A stretch of DNA of 64,000 nucleotides. Origin: Paraspadella gotoi. Its lineage: Eukaryota; Animalia; Chaetognatha. This document shows positions 41,525 through 53,745 of the stretch, piece by piece. The stretch covers positions 10,810,703-10,874,702 of the forward strand of contig CM119263.1 in NCBI GenBank assembly GCA_051294375.1, in the 5' to 3' direction. The notes beneath the pieces are model-generated. The model worked only from the letters and a program-made list of their open reading frames with translations. It ran no database searches and was not told the DNA's origin. A program made the position numbers and the translations under genes. The first letter of the stretch is position 1; the number at the start of each line of letters is the position of its first letter.

Positions 41525-42217
41525 AGAGAATTAGAATGGTTTGTTTATTGAGGCTGTTGAGGTCGGAGGCGGCAGGGAGCGAAAGGCGAGGATTTTGTTA
41601 ACCTGCGGAGGTCGGGTGTGAACGGGTGAGAAATGTGGTGGCAAAAGCGAGAGTTGAAGAGGGTGGTTAAGAATGAGTTGTGGGGATTCTGGCTGACGCC
41701 TGACAGGGAGGAAAGAAAAGAGGGTAAAAAGAAAGAAAGAAGAGAAAGAAAGAAAGAAAAGAAGAAAGAAAGAAAGAAAGAGAGAAAGAAGAAAGAGAAG
41801 AAAGAAAGAAAGAAAGAGAGAAGGAAAGAAAGAAAGAAAGGAAAGAAAGAAAGAAAGAAAAGAAGAGAAGAAGAAAGAGAAAGAAAAGAAAGACAGAAGA
41901 AAAGAAGAAAAGAAAGAAATGAAAATAAGAAAGTAAAGACAGAACAGGACAGACAGAATGACAGAAAGAAAGAAATAGCTAACTGGTGATCGTGAATGAT
42001 TTTTTATGGTCATGGAGTCTGCGTCTCTGGCATCTACGTTGCATAAAAGGATTTGGGACCTAAAATCCCGTCGCCATTCTAAAACAGCGAACTCAGCCTC
42101 CAGGAGATATCAAAAGCTTCAAAGAAAATTGAATCTAAAAAAATTTAATTGAAATATTAGACAAAATATAAAAAATGGAAAAAATGTCCGAAAAGATGAG
42201 CATCATTAAGTCGGGAC

Positions 42218-42256
<39 letters not shown>

Positions 42257-43168
42257 ATCGATTACCGATTAATTCGACATTACGCGAAAATAATGTCAGA
42301 GTGTATGAGGAATGAGGGAAGAAAAAAGATTAAAAGAAAGAAATGAAGGAATGGAGAAATAAAAGGAAAAAAATAGGATAACGAAAAGTAGAGAAAAGAA
42401 GTTCAAAATAGAAAAAGAGACGGACAGAAAAACACGAGACTAAAATGTAAAAAAAAAAAAAGAAAAAAAATTGACCTTGAATAAAAATTGTTTCAGTCTT
42501 ACTTTAACCGAGACAAAAGAAATACAAAAAAAAAGGTACGTCTAAGAAAAACAAAGATGGTTGCAACTTTGGACGCCTCAATTTCAAATTTTTTTCCCAT
42601 CTTTTTTCTCTGCTTTGGAAGCACTTTTTAATTGAGTTACGACGTCGAAAGCACTTTAGCCTTTTTAGAACGAAAAAACTTTGTGATTTTAAAATGTGTT
42701 GCCCGGGGATGGTAATAGAGCAACTTCTTTCGTGATGTATTGCTTTCATAGATAGACATTTTAAATTCGTTTTTGAAACACTTTATTTTTCTTTATGATC
42801 TTTCATTGGCAAAAAAACAAATCTTACATCTTCGCTATGCAACTATAAATCTCGAAATTGAGAGACTTTCTCTCTCTCCTTCCGCAGTCGAACTTCATTC
42901 GCCAAACCAAAGTCAGAAAATATCAAAATTTAGCACATTTATGGATAATATTTAATTAATAATACCAGTTTCAAAATTTTATTTTGATTCTACTTAAAAA
43001 AAAAATATTCAAAATTTGAAAATTTCATTTCTCATTAATGAATTTGCTAGCCAAATGATTGAACGCCGGCGAGAATAGAATCGAATTGCTTGGAAATTTG
43101 ATTGATTAGTTTCAACATTTTTTTTTTCTTTCTTCTTCCCCCCCCCCTTCATCCCGACGCTCTCACAG

Positions 43169-43668
43169 AAATCCGAGATACTTACTAAGAACAAAACGAG
43201 GCTGACAGAAGAGACGAAGAAAAACCAAAAGGAAAATCCAGGATGTCGGGGTGTTGCTTCGCCGTTTTGGGAGTGACGGCGAGGTAAGGGTGTCAGATGG
43301 GTGAGGAGACTGAGGAGACTGAGGAGACTGAGGACAGGGAGCGTTAGGAGTTTGAGGAGGAGGAGGAGGAGGAGGAGGGGGAGAAGGGGCGGGTCGACGG
43401 AGGAGGCTTCGTCGCCGCCGTCGTCGTCGTGGGCAGTGGTCGTTCTCGTCGCGACATCCTCCGCGATGACGATGAGGATGATGATGGAGAAGCTGCGGAT
43501 GCCGCGCGTTCCGTCGCTGCTGCTGCTGCTGCCGTCGTTGATGTCGCGGAGGCGGCGACGGCGACCGCCGGTCGTCGTCGTCGTCGTCGGAATCAAGGCG
43601 AGGGTGTGCCGAAGGATGAGGATGATGCGGAGGAAGATGATGACCTCGCTCCGAAAGAGGGAGAATAG
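43169..43668 (+). CDS. Candidate exon encoding an acidic/Ala-rich low-complexity peptide with polybasic sites (copies at ~37018-37525 + and ~12436-12945 -)
   Basis: cccccccttcatcccgacgctctcacag| acceptor; GC-rich; frame GSGRSRRDILRDDDEDDDGEAADAARSVAAAAAA...GRRRRRRNQGEGVPKDEDDAEEDDDLAPKEGE*; no recognisable domain. Confidence 0.3.
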
Positions 43669-46649
43669 TTCGACGAAGATCCTTCGTCGACGGCTTCGAC
43701 AACGTCATCGGCGTCGACGCAAACGCCTCGTCGTCGTCGTCGTCGTCATCGTCGTCGCCTTTGTATTTGTTTTTGTGTTTTTTTCTGTTTCGTATCGTCT
43801 TGAGGTTGTCCAACGCGAAGCCGTTCCAAAACGGAGGCGACGACGGGTGGTGTCGACGCTCCTCATGACGATAACGCGGGAGCGATGACGGTGACGGTGA
43901 TGACGGTGATGACGGTGACGCAGACGAGAGTGAAGATGCGGAAGACGACGTCATGCCGAAGAAGAGAATGAGTTCGATTTTTTGTTTTGTTTTGTTTTTT
44001 TTTTTTTTTTTTTTTTTTTAAATTCGTTTTGTTGTTAAATTTGCTGTTGTTGTACTTTTGTTTGGAGTTGTTTTTTTTTGTTGTTGTTGTAATTCTTGGC
44101 GAAAGTTTTTTTTTGTTGTTGTTGTTTTAGTCGTTTCGAAGAAACTTGTTTTCTTTTTTCTTTTCTTACTTCGTACTTGGTTGCGATAATATTTACAAAC
44201 AGAACGATAAAATATAGAACAAAAAGCGGAATAAATGGTTTTATTTTGTTCGGTTTCGTTTCGTTTCGTTTCGCGAAACGAAGAATAAATAAGGAGAGGT
44301 TTTCATCACCTCCTCTTTTTTTTTTAATAAGCGGAACTAAACTAACCAGGAAAAAAAAATCCGCAGGATGAGCGTTTAAAGTAAAAAGTTGATTTCGAAG
44401 CTGTTGTGACGCGAAGGTGACGGGGCGACGTCGCGCGTCAAGACAGTCGACGTCACTCGACCGTCCCCTCTACTAGATTGTTTCTGTTTACCTCCGCTTG
44501 TAATATTTATTTATTTTATTCTTTTAGCTTTTTTTTTTTTTGATATGGCGTCAGAGCAATGGTCAAGGAAGATTATTGGAATTCAAGCAGAAGAAAGAAG
44601 GGAAATAGATAAAGAGAGAAGAACGAAACGGCGTTGTTGACATATTTTGTTTTTCCAGCTTATAACTTTTTAAATTGTTGATTTGTATTATTATCGTAAG
44701 ATTAAAAACGTGAGACGTCACGTGGGACGACGTAACCGTAATAATTTTTTCGTCGACGATTGTCTGAAGTACTTTTGCTTTTGTTTGTTTGTTTGTTTTT
44801 TTAACTGTTTACTTTAATTTTTAGTTTTTGCTTTATTTATATTTGCTTGATGACAATGATTTTTATTCTGACGCCTTGGTTGTGTTGTAGGGGGCAGAGG
44901 GTGGCGGGGAGAACTCAAGGCATCGTCGCCTTTTTCTCTCTTCTCTGAACAAAAAGAAAAGAAAGGTCAATTGTTATCCTAACCTTTTTTTTCATTTTTC
45001 TCTCTACAAAACGCAAAAAAATTGAATATTTTAGTGATGGGGGGGACACGCCTAATCTTAAATGACATACAGCCTTCAGGATATTTGATAAATTAGGAAT
45101 AAAAAGTTCTTTTTCATTCGTACACAGTTCGATCGTAAGGGGTAATCAGTAATGATTAAGTTATATGTATGGCGTTAACGGTTAAGTAAGAATATTTCTG
45201 AATTATACAACTGACATTTCGCCCGCGACGAATGAAAAGAATGAAATTGACACAGCCATTTTTATATACGACGATTAAAATTCGGTTTAAAGAGTATTTA
45301 AGGTCTATATTTCGGTTTTTAAAAAAAAATAACGTTTTGGCCGATATGCAGTTTATAACATTAATTGTTGTTCAGTCTCTTACATCGCAGCAATTCCTGA
45401 ATCCCGTCCTTTCAAAATATGTGAACGTAAAATAATAATGAGAGGTAACAAGGATCTTCTTTTTTTTTATACAACAGCGGAAAAACGGTAACGTTGTAAC
45501 AATCCTCATTCGTCAATAACTTACAATTACGGAAACAAAAAATAAATTGATTTCATTATCTGTTTCGGATAATTCCGATAATAATAATACTTGGTAAATG
45601 CAAATTATTTTATTTTTGATATGCGGGTAATTAAGGAGGGTGCTGTCTGGCTTGGAATGTGTAAGTTAAGATGTCGATTTTTGGTGATGTCGCTATTAAT
45701 TTTTATGATGTCCTACTTTGTGCTTGGTTTTTAGATATAATGGCTCAAATTTTACGGGTCTCAAAATCAAATAGAAAAATATAAGTCTCACTTGAATGAG
45801 CAATTCGTAGTTTTAAAGGCTTTTCTTATAAATTCCAAGATCCAAGAATGGTTTAATATTTCTTATTTAGGGAGTTTTTCATGCATAAACGTATTTGACA
45901 AACTGTCAATGCTTTAGCTAATTTCTAACAAAACATTCTATTTGTATCCTGTTTCTATAATATAACCGTGCATTGAAAATTTTAATGTAGTTTTTTAACT
46001 TTATCAGAGGAGGAACGTCTGTAACTACCGATAATTTAATTATTTAAATGAACACTCATCTATGTAACGTTTAAAAAACTTAAAAAATAAAACTCTTTAT
46101 TACGGCATTGTTATATCCTTGGAAGTCACTACTATTCCGTTAACGCATACCTCCTCTGAGTTATTATTAATGAACATAGTTTTTTTCTTAAGTTATAAAT
46201 TTGCCAAATACTGTTTGGGATTTTTTTAAAATTCGTTCAATGCCTGAAAATGTCCCAAACTGACAGGAAAACTAGAGAAAGGACAGGCAAATGGTACCAC
46301 TTTTAAAACTTAACACAGGAGTCGAAGATTCACACAGCCTATGAAGCTCTTACGAATATCTTTTCGATTTGTCGAAAAGAGAAAAGACTTTTGGTTTCAT
46401 ATAAAAATACTAGTTTATCGACAAAAAAAAATTGAGTGCAACATAAAAAGGTCTTTTCATCGAGAATATCGTTTTAATTATCTCGGACAAACGCTTCTCT
46501 CGGAAGAAAAAAAAATGAAACGAGTCACTATTTCCACGTCACGCGATAGGCCATTTCATTTTCCACGTTTCGACGAGATGGAGCGGCGACGACGGCGGCG
46601 ACAACGACGCCAACGGCCGCCACGGCGCCCTCAGCGGCGTCGACGTCGT

Positions 46650-47305
46650 CTAAATTTTGAGCAATATAAGCGGAGACAAGGATATGATGCAGATGTAAAC
46701 GATGAAGCAAAATCTGTCAATGAGCTGCGCGATGAGGGACCACTCCAACCTCAGCGCCTCCTCCTCCCGCCGCCGCTCGCTCCGCCACTCCTCCTCCAAC
46801 ACTTTCCGCTTCATGATGCCCTCGATCTTTTCGATGCGCTTGTCCAGGTTGCCCAGGATCGGGTTGGCATACGGGTGATGCTGGTGCTGTTGAGGAAACG
46901 ATTGTTGGACTCCGGGATGGTTAGTCTGCGGCTGCGGTTGCTGGGACGGAAGTAGTATCGCGTTGGCAGTGGCGTCGCCGGCCGCGACGGCGGCAGCGGC
47001 GGCTGCGGACTGCGCAGTCGACGAGAGTTTACGATGCAGCGGAGAGTTTGAGTTGGAATCGACGAGGCGTCGACTCGTCGACGACTGGAGGAAGGTGAGT
47101 CTCAAGTCCTTCGTGGATTCGGCCAAGCGATACCGATCCCCGTCTTCCTTAAACCCATACTGCGCCGTGCAAAAGTGGCGCAGGATGAGGCGGAGCCAGG
47201 CGGGGATCGGCTGCTTCGTCGTCCCCTGATAGCGAGCGTGCAGCACGAGAACGGAAGACATGACAGCGCACGCGGAGAGGCACGAGTTCATGGCGTAGTA
47301 GATGC
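46650..47305 (-). CDS. nAChR-like exon 4 (M3, intracellular loop, M4, stop)
   Basis: ttttcctatcttcag| acceptor, GIYYAMNSCLSACAVMSSVLVLH (M3), Q/H/A-rich loop, EWSLIAQLIDRFCFIVYICIISLSPLILLKI*. Confidence 0.93.
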
Positions 47306-49034
47306 CTGAAGATAGGAAAAAGGTCAGAGTTTAATGCTGAGGGGCCGAAGGGAAAAAAACTACCGAAAACACAATGGAAGACCCTGATAACGGCCTTATA
47401 CAATATGAAATAAAGAAAGCTCAAAGAGTCAAATTAAAAGTGCAGGCGATTTTAATTTCAACATACAAAAATGATACGGAAACAATTTTCCCACTTCCCT
47501 AAAAGTATAACTAATAAACTATTAACCCTTAACCATTAACTATTAACCATTAACAATCCATTCAACGTCCCATCGCCACCATCCCCCTTCCTCCTCCTCC
47601 TCACCGATGATGGGGACGGATCTGGCCGACGGAGGCGTGTAGTCGGCCACGACGAGGAGTTGGACGCACGTGGCCAAGAATATCGTGGTGGCCAACGAGG
47701 CCTTCCCGGGAGAATCCTGCGGCAGCCAGAAGGACGTCAGAGTCAGGGAGTAGAGCAGCATGCAGGGCATGACGATCTGAAAGATCTGCAGCACGGGCTT
47801 CCGCTTGAGCGTCATGGTGTAGTGCAGCTGGGAGAAGGGGTGCTCGCAACAAGGATACTTTACTGTGATGCGCTTGGCGGAGGTGGAGAGGATCTTCCAG
47901 CCGGTGTTGGTGACGAAGGCGTAAGTCTCGATGAATTTATGGCGCAGTTGGAGGTCGATCTCCGTCTCGTCGTGCATCCACGTCCCGAAGTTGAGTTTAC
48001 ACTGTTGCTCGTCGAACGGAAAGTAGGTGATCTCCACCTTAAGGGAGAAGTGGAGGGAGTTTTTGGAAGATTGGCGAATGCTCGAGTTCAATTTAATTCC
48101 CTGCGAATCGCGGGACCCCTTACCTCGCATATGCTTTTGGTGGTGATGGACGGGGCCCAGTAGATGACGCCGGTGTGTTCGACGTTCGCGTAAAAGTCAC
48201 TTTTTTGCTGAAAGTTGAGCATCTGTCCCGCGGTGTTGAGGAGCACCACGTCGGGTCGCCACATCTCCACGACCGGCATGTTCAGCTTGGTGATGCCGTC
48301 GTACTCATCGGCGTCCCAGGTGAGGAAGGCGTCCTGAGGGGGAGGGGGCGACGAAGGTGAGCGAAGTCAAGACGCTCATCGATCTCGTCCGCTAATTATC
48401 CGAATAGGAAGGACGGAAGTTTATGATCAAGATAAATTACTTTTCTCCGCGAAAAAAAAAAAAACCCTCTTTCCTTTTTTTGATTAGCGGCCTGACGTAG
48501 GTTGACACTTTGTCAACAGGCTTTCCAGCCGATGGTTTGGGGAAAAAAAGTNNNNNNNNNNTGGGAAGGAAATGTGCCCAGGCGAAATTGCTTTATGTTC
48601 CGACGCCCCGTGCATACAATTTTTTTTTTTCGACTAAGCGAAGTGGCTTCTTCTATCACGCTCTCGAAGGAGAACCCTTTTCCTATTTCACAGCCATTAG
48701 TGACGTAACCCGAGCCACGCCCCCTAATTCCCTCCCGTCTCCTCGCCTTCCAGTTGAATTCGTAGCAGAAGGTCGACTCCAAGAGCTGATGCTTCTCGTC
48801 CAGATCAAAGATGTGCTGTAGCACGAGAGAGACGGTGACGACGATGGTCTCGTTGTAGTGTTGCACCGGACGAACCCGCGGGTCGTTCTTGAACTTGTTG
48901 AAGAGAATGTTGATGGCGCCCATTTCGGCGCCGGCGTCGACGCTGCCGCGGCAGCATAGAGACGCCAGCAGCAGCAGTAGGAGTAGCAGCCGCGGCGCCG
49001 TGAAAAGAGAACGGGTGCTGGCGAAAGAAGACAT
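46650..49034 (-). CDS. Nicotinic acetylcholine receptor alpha-like subunit (Cys-loop ligand-gated ion channel), 4 exons: 49034-48747, 48333-48124, 48037-47605, 47305-46650; 528 aa
   Basis: Exons splice in frame (96 + 70 + 144.33 codons + remainder). Signal peptide (RLLLLLLLLASLCCRG), RVRPV, DLDEKHQLL, WK|DAFLTW, MWRPDVVLLN, 15-residue Cys-loop CE|VEITYFPFDEQQC, GTWMHD, loop C YPCC (vicinal Cys, alpha type), M1 (IFQIVMPCMLLYSLTLTSFWLP), M2, PII|GIYY-M3, long M3-M4 loop, EWSLIAQLIDRFCFIVY M4, stop at 46650. Confidence 0.95.
47605..48037 (-). CDS. nAChR-like exon 3 (Cys-loop, loops B/C, M1, M2)
   Basis: cccttaag| acceptor after an 86-nt intron; ATC ATC G|gtgagg donor; VEITYFPFDEQQC...YPCC...VPII. 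Confidence 0.95.
48124..48333 (-). CDS. nAChR-like exon 2 (DAFLTW...KSICE)
   Basis: ccccctcag| acceptor, GAG|gtaagg donor, 70 codons containing loop A and the first Cys of the Cys-loop. Confidence 0.93.
48747..49034 (-). CDS. nAChR-like exon 1 (signal peptide to ...YEFNWK)
   Basis: 288 nt = 96 codons; ends AAG|GCGAGG (GC donor); next exon resumes the conserved WxDxxLxW motif. Confidence 0.88.
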
Positions 49035-50058
49035 TTTCGAGTTTAAGAATGAAGTCGCTGAGGGGTAGGCCGGGTGGAGCTTTTGGCCTAGGGACTAGAA
49101 AGAACAAGAGCAGGGAGCGAAAATGGGAAACGATTCCCGACGATGGGTTAAATCTGAATGAAAAATTCCCGAGAAAGAAAAAAAAAAAAGGACCTTTAGA
49201 TTGAACCTTGATGCTGGTTACGTGGAGTTAAGGGTTAGGGGTAAATCAAGGCTGAAAGCAGAAACAGGGAAATTGGGTGCGATTAAAGCGTGTTGGGGGG
49301 AAGGTGGGACGGTTGGGTGGCGAAGTGGGAGAGGAATCCTTCTGGCCGAAAAGATTTCATTCGATTGAACTGTCACATCCCTTTTAATTTCATCCGAAAC
49401 GGATTTCGATTATGTCGTGGAGCGGTTTTAATTCGCAGATGAGCGACGATTAAAACGACTTTTATTTTCGAGATGAAATCGAAAAGCAGAGAGAAAAAAA
49501 AGTTTTTTTTTTTTTTTTTTTTTTTTTTTGTCGATCGGGATAACTAACTCCGAGATGGAAAAGGAATGGGATGGCGGCGATGGCTACGGTCTTCGTTGCC
49601 CGCTAATTTGCAAAACTTACCAAAGGGAAGAGAGCGAGAGAGGAAAAAAGGTTTTTTTAACTTGTTAATAATTTGAGTCGGATGATTAAGATTAATGTCA
49701 ATGCGGGCAGAGGAAGGGAAGGAGATAGAGAGAAAACAAGAAAGAGAGAAAGTGAGAGAGAGAGATAGAGAGAGACAGAGTCGATAGAAAAAAAAACTGG
49801 ATGGATAAGTTGATAAGGATGACGTCTATTCGGGAGGGGTGGGGTTGACGAGATTATTAGAGATGACGTCGACGTCGGCAGTTGCGGCTGACTCGATGAT
49901 TAGGACTGACGTAGACTCAGATGGTAGGGTTGACTCGATTACGAGGGATGACATTGACGTCAGAGGTTGAGGTCTGATACGATTGCGACGAGGGTTGAGA
50001 CGAGAACAGATGACTGAAGAGTTGACTTTGATGACGATGGAAATTCCTAGAATGAAAA

Positions 50059-50093
<35 letters not shown>

Positions 50094-51508
50094 TGTCGTA
50101 AGAATCGTCACGCTTTACGCCGAGTCTTGTGTCGTTCTGCGGTCGTCGTCTTCACTTCCGTTGTTTCCCTTTTGTCTTTTTGCGGAAACGAGCAGCAAAA
50201 AGTGACTTTCTTTTTTCATGAATGAAGGAACACGATGCGGAATGCGGCGAGGAAGGGGGGGGGTGGTTGCAGCAAGCAATTATCGTTTATTCATCTTTTA
50301 GGTTTATTGTGCTTTTTTTAGTATATCTTTGTCTTTGTGATATTTTTTTGAGATTTGAGATTTGAAGAATATCTGAAAAACTTTGGATTTAGATGACGAA
50401 AGAAGAAGAAGCGGTGAAATAATTGTTTTTGTTTGTTTTTTTGTTTTTTAATTTTTTTTAGTGAAGAGAAAATGAAAAAAAGAGACGTACGACGAATAAG
50501 CAAGCAGGAAACCTTTTCTATTATTTTTTTCTTTTATTTTGTTACGGTCGAAGAATTATTTCGGAAAAATTTTAAAGATAAGTTGTTACTTTAAATAAAT
50601 GTTCATGAATTATGTGTATTTTTCGTAGGATGACTTTCCGTGGTTTTTATACGAGGTTTTTCGGATTTTTAAAAAAAAATTTATGAGTCCAGACTTTTTT
50701 TAAAATTTCTGAAAAGGAAGAAGGAATAAAATTTATTAAAATCTTGCATTCACGACGCGTTCCTCGCGTAAAACTCTGTTCCGTAAAAAGGGGGGGGAAA
50801 AAAGAAATAAAAATTGAGTTTTAACAATTTGCCAGTAAAAAAAATGCTAATGGAATGACAACGCTAAAATCTTTTAACGATTAAAATTGATGAGAAAAAT
50901 GACGCTCATAATTTTTTTCCGAGGCTCTATAACCCGGAATTAAGTCAGAAGTTAAACAGTAAGCACTAAGTACATGACGTAAAAATGAGGCGGATGTGAA
51001 AAATTATTTTAAAAGAACAAGGCGAGCGTTAAAATACATTAACCGATTAATGTCGGTTGAAAGACAATAAAAAAGAAAAAGAAAAAAGCGACAAGAAAAG
51101 GAAAATGAGGAGGAAAGTTCTGATTGATTGCATTGAGTTTTAATTTCGGGAAATTAGGAAACTAATAGAGTGGCGTATCACGTGACCGGCTTTTTCCGTC
51201 ATTAGACGCTATACACGACCAATTTTACCACGTTGACTCTGTTCACATATAACAGTAATTTTTTTCATTTAAACTTTAAGTGAGAGAGTGGACGGCGTTC
51301 AACCAGCAAGCACACGTAAAAAGGACATGGAGGTCTTAACTAATTGGTTAACATTTTTATAAATTAGTACAATTTGCGATCATCCCCGGATAAACAAAGT
51401 TTTTGTAACAGTAGACAGAGTCGCCCAGCTCCGACTCTCGAGAGGAAGTTACTATGCAAACACTGTTACGAAGGAAACGCCATCGTCATCAGTCACGTTC
51501 GGTCCGGC

Positions 51509-51654
<146 letters not shown>

Positions 51655-52885
51655 TACCCACAACACACACACACACAAAACACACACAAACGCACACAAA
51701 ACGCACACAAACATATAAACACTGCCAAAAATCACTCTGTGTTTAGTCTTTGCATCTCGAGAAGAAAATAACAAAAGACGTTAGTTGCTCTTTTTTTTTA
51801 ACTCGATCGTGCAATCATCGATCGTTAGGTGACTAGTTGTTAATTTTGTATTAAATTATTCTGCAGAATCTCCAAGAGGAAATATATTTTGCGAGGCCAT
51901 TCGCAGAGCCGATTCGAACGTCAATGATAAAAACAAAACTTTACGTTGGGAAGTTGGTCCTTCTCTCCCCCCCCCCCATCGTGGGCGAAAAACGATTACG
52001 GCTCATAAGACGCAAAAAAAAATCTTGGACGAAAAGCAAACTAATCGGAAGTCAATCAACCGAAAAAAATCACAGTTTGTTTCTATGACGACCGCTCGTC
52101 GAATGTGAAACGACTCACAAATCGCAAGTCAAAGGCTTTGATTGATTGTCCAGCTTTTTCTCCCATTTTACCAAGTCTCCTTCGATGGCTCCAAAGGCCC
52201 CTTCGAATGAAAATCTTATTTCCCACTCCCAGTTTGTCGAACCCTATTTTCTCCCTGTTTTGCTCTCAAAACCCCCTTTAAAAAAACACCCCATGGAACT
52301 GGAAGCCCTATGGGAACTGAATTGCAAGATTTGATTATGACGCCTTCGAATCTCCGACTTCTGCAAGGATCTTCTACATGAACGGGGTTTTTTATAACAG
52401 AGATTAAATCTTTATTACCACCAGAGAATCATTACATTTTTTTGGAAGAAGGGTTGTAACTGATGTCGCATTCTTTTGTTCGACGCGATACAAATCATCT
52501 TAAAGAGAAGATTCTCCTTTTTTTTAATTTATTATTCAATTTCCGTTTTATACGAGAAAATGTGAGAGCATAGATCATTTAATCTTCTGGCTTGACTCGT
52601 GGAAAAAGGCGAAGGAAGAAAAAAAGAAATGGTAATTGATTCTAGGAATCTCCCAATTCTCAGTCGGAGGCGCGCGCAGTCGGAGTGAAGTCGACCCCTC
52701 CAGGGTTCAGAGGTCAAGCGTTCTCGGCGAAGCGTGTGATTCTTGAATATTGCCGCGTTATGACACGTGGCCGCTGGAGGTGAAGAAAGGAAGGAAGTAG
52801 TGGAGGTTGAGAAAAGAAAACAGAATGAAAGGCGAGGAGGTAGGAATGGATCTCGATCGGGGAAGAAAAAAGATATATATATATA

Positions 52886-53086
52886 TAATCAGAGGTTCGT
52901 TATCTCGTTTTCTACAAATTTTTTTTCGCTTTTCCTTTCATCAAAATGGGGTCGCTATATATAAGAAAATATAAGAATATATATATATATATATATAAGA
53001 AAAAAAAAGGGCCGAAGCGACCCCATTTTGATGAAAGGAAAAGCGAAAAAAAATTTGTAGAAAACGAGATAACGAACCTCTGATTA
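52886..53086. repeat. Perfect 71-bp inverted repeat (52886-52956 / 53016-53086) with a 59-bp (AT)-rich spacer
   Basis: taatcagaggttcg...ggggtcgct is the exact reverse complement of agcgacccc...cgaacctctgatta. Confidence 0.95.
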
Positions 53087-53599
53087 AAACATAGTCTGAC
53101 ATTTCACAAACGAACAGACAACCGGGCTGACTCTTGTCGCTCGTACCGACAAAGGAGGCAGGGAAGCGGATTCTTGGAAGGGAGAAAAACTTTTCCTTCC
53201 GCCCTGGGAATATGTGAACGAAATCACGTTTTATTACCGGAAACCGATATTCGGATTTTGGCGCTCGGAACTATTTGAGGGGAAAAAAGGGGCGATTTAT
53301 TCGTCGACCTCGTCGTTCTCGATTATTCTTCGACGTCGTCACGTATTTGCGTCGGGAATTAAACAAAGTTCCGGGGTGAAAAATGATGAGGAGAAACAGG
53401 TTCTCATGGGTGATTTAAGAAGGTTATTAATCTTTGATTAAAGAAGGTTTTAATCTAACCTGACAGCTCCTGTGACATGTCGTGCCATTTTATCTTTGTA
53501 CTTAGCCTTTTTATCTTAAATTTAGATTTAAGTTATTTTTTAGGTTTAAAATTTAGGTTAGAGGATTAAGAATTCGCTCTCTTGCTTATTTTAAAGATT

Positions 53600-53745
53600 T
53601 AATTTAGGGATTAGGTTAATAATTTGGGTTAGGGATTGGAGTTAGGGTTAGGGATTAGAGTTATGGATTAGGATTAGGGATTAGAGTTATAAGTTTGGTA
53701 ACAGATTATGGTTACATATTAAGGTTGAAATTATATTTAGGGATA
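53600..53745 (+). repeat. Degenerate TTAGGG-like interstitial repeat
   Basis: ttaggga ttagg...gggttagggattggagttagggttagggattagagttatggattaggattagggattagag. Confidence 0.6.

Larger units (their letters stand above)
34472..46745. repeat. Tandem direct duplication of ~6.1-6.2 kb (34472-40680 and 40681-46745)
   Basis: Both units begin ctcca(a)ttt/ctcccccgggttctgttccg and end inside the nAChR M4 region; internal landmarks are collinear (e.g. 37021 and 43171 ccgagatacttactaagaac). Confidence 0.9.
24940..51275 (-). repeat. Right arm of giant inverted duplication (contains an extra ~6 kb tandem copy)
   Basis: Mirror of the left arm, including the nAChR gene, the 23-bp minisatellite and microsatellites in reverse order. 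Confidence 0.9.

Noticed and set aside
46341-48163. Plus-strand ORFs 46341-46955, 46963-47229 and 47660-48163
   Set aside because: Antisense shadows of the GC-rich receptor exons.
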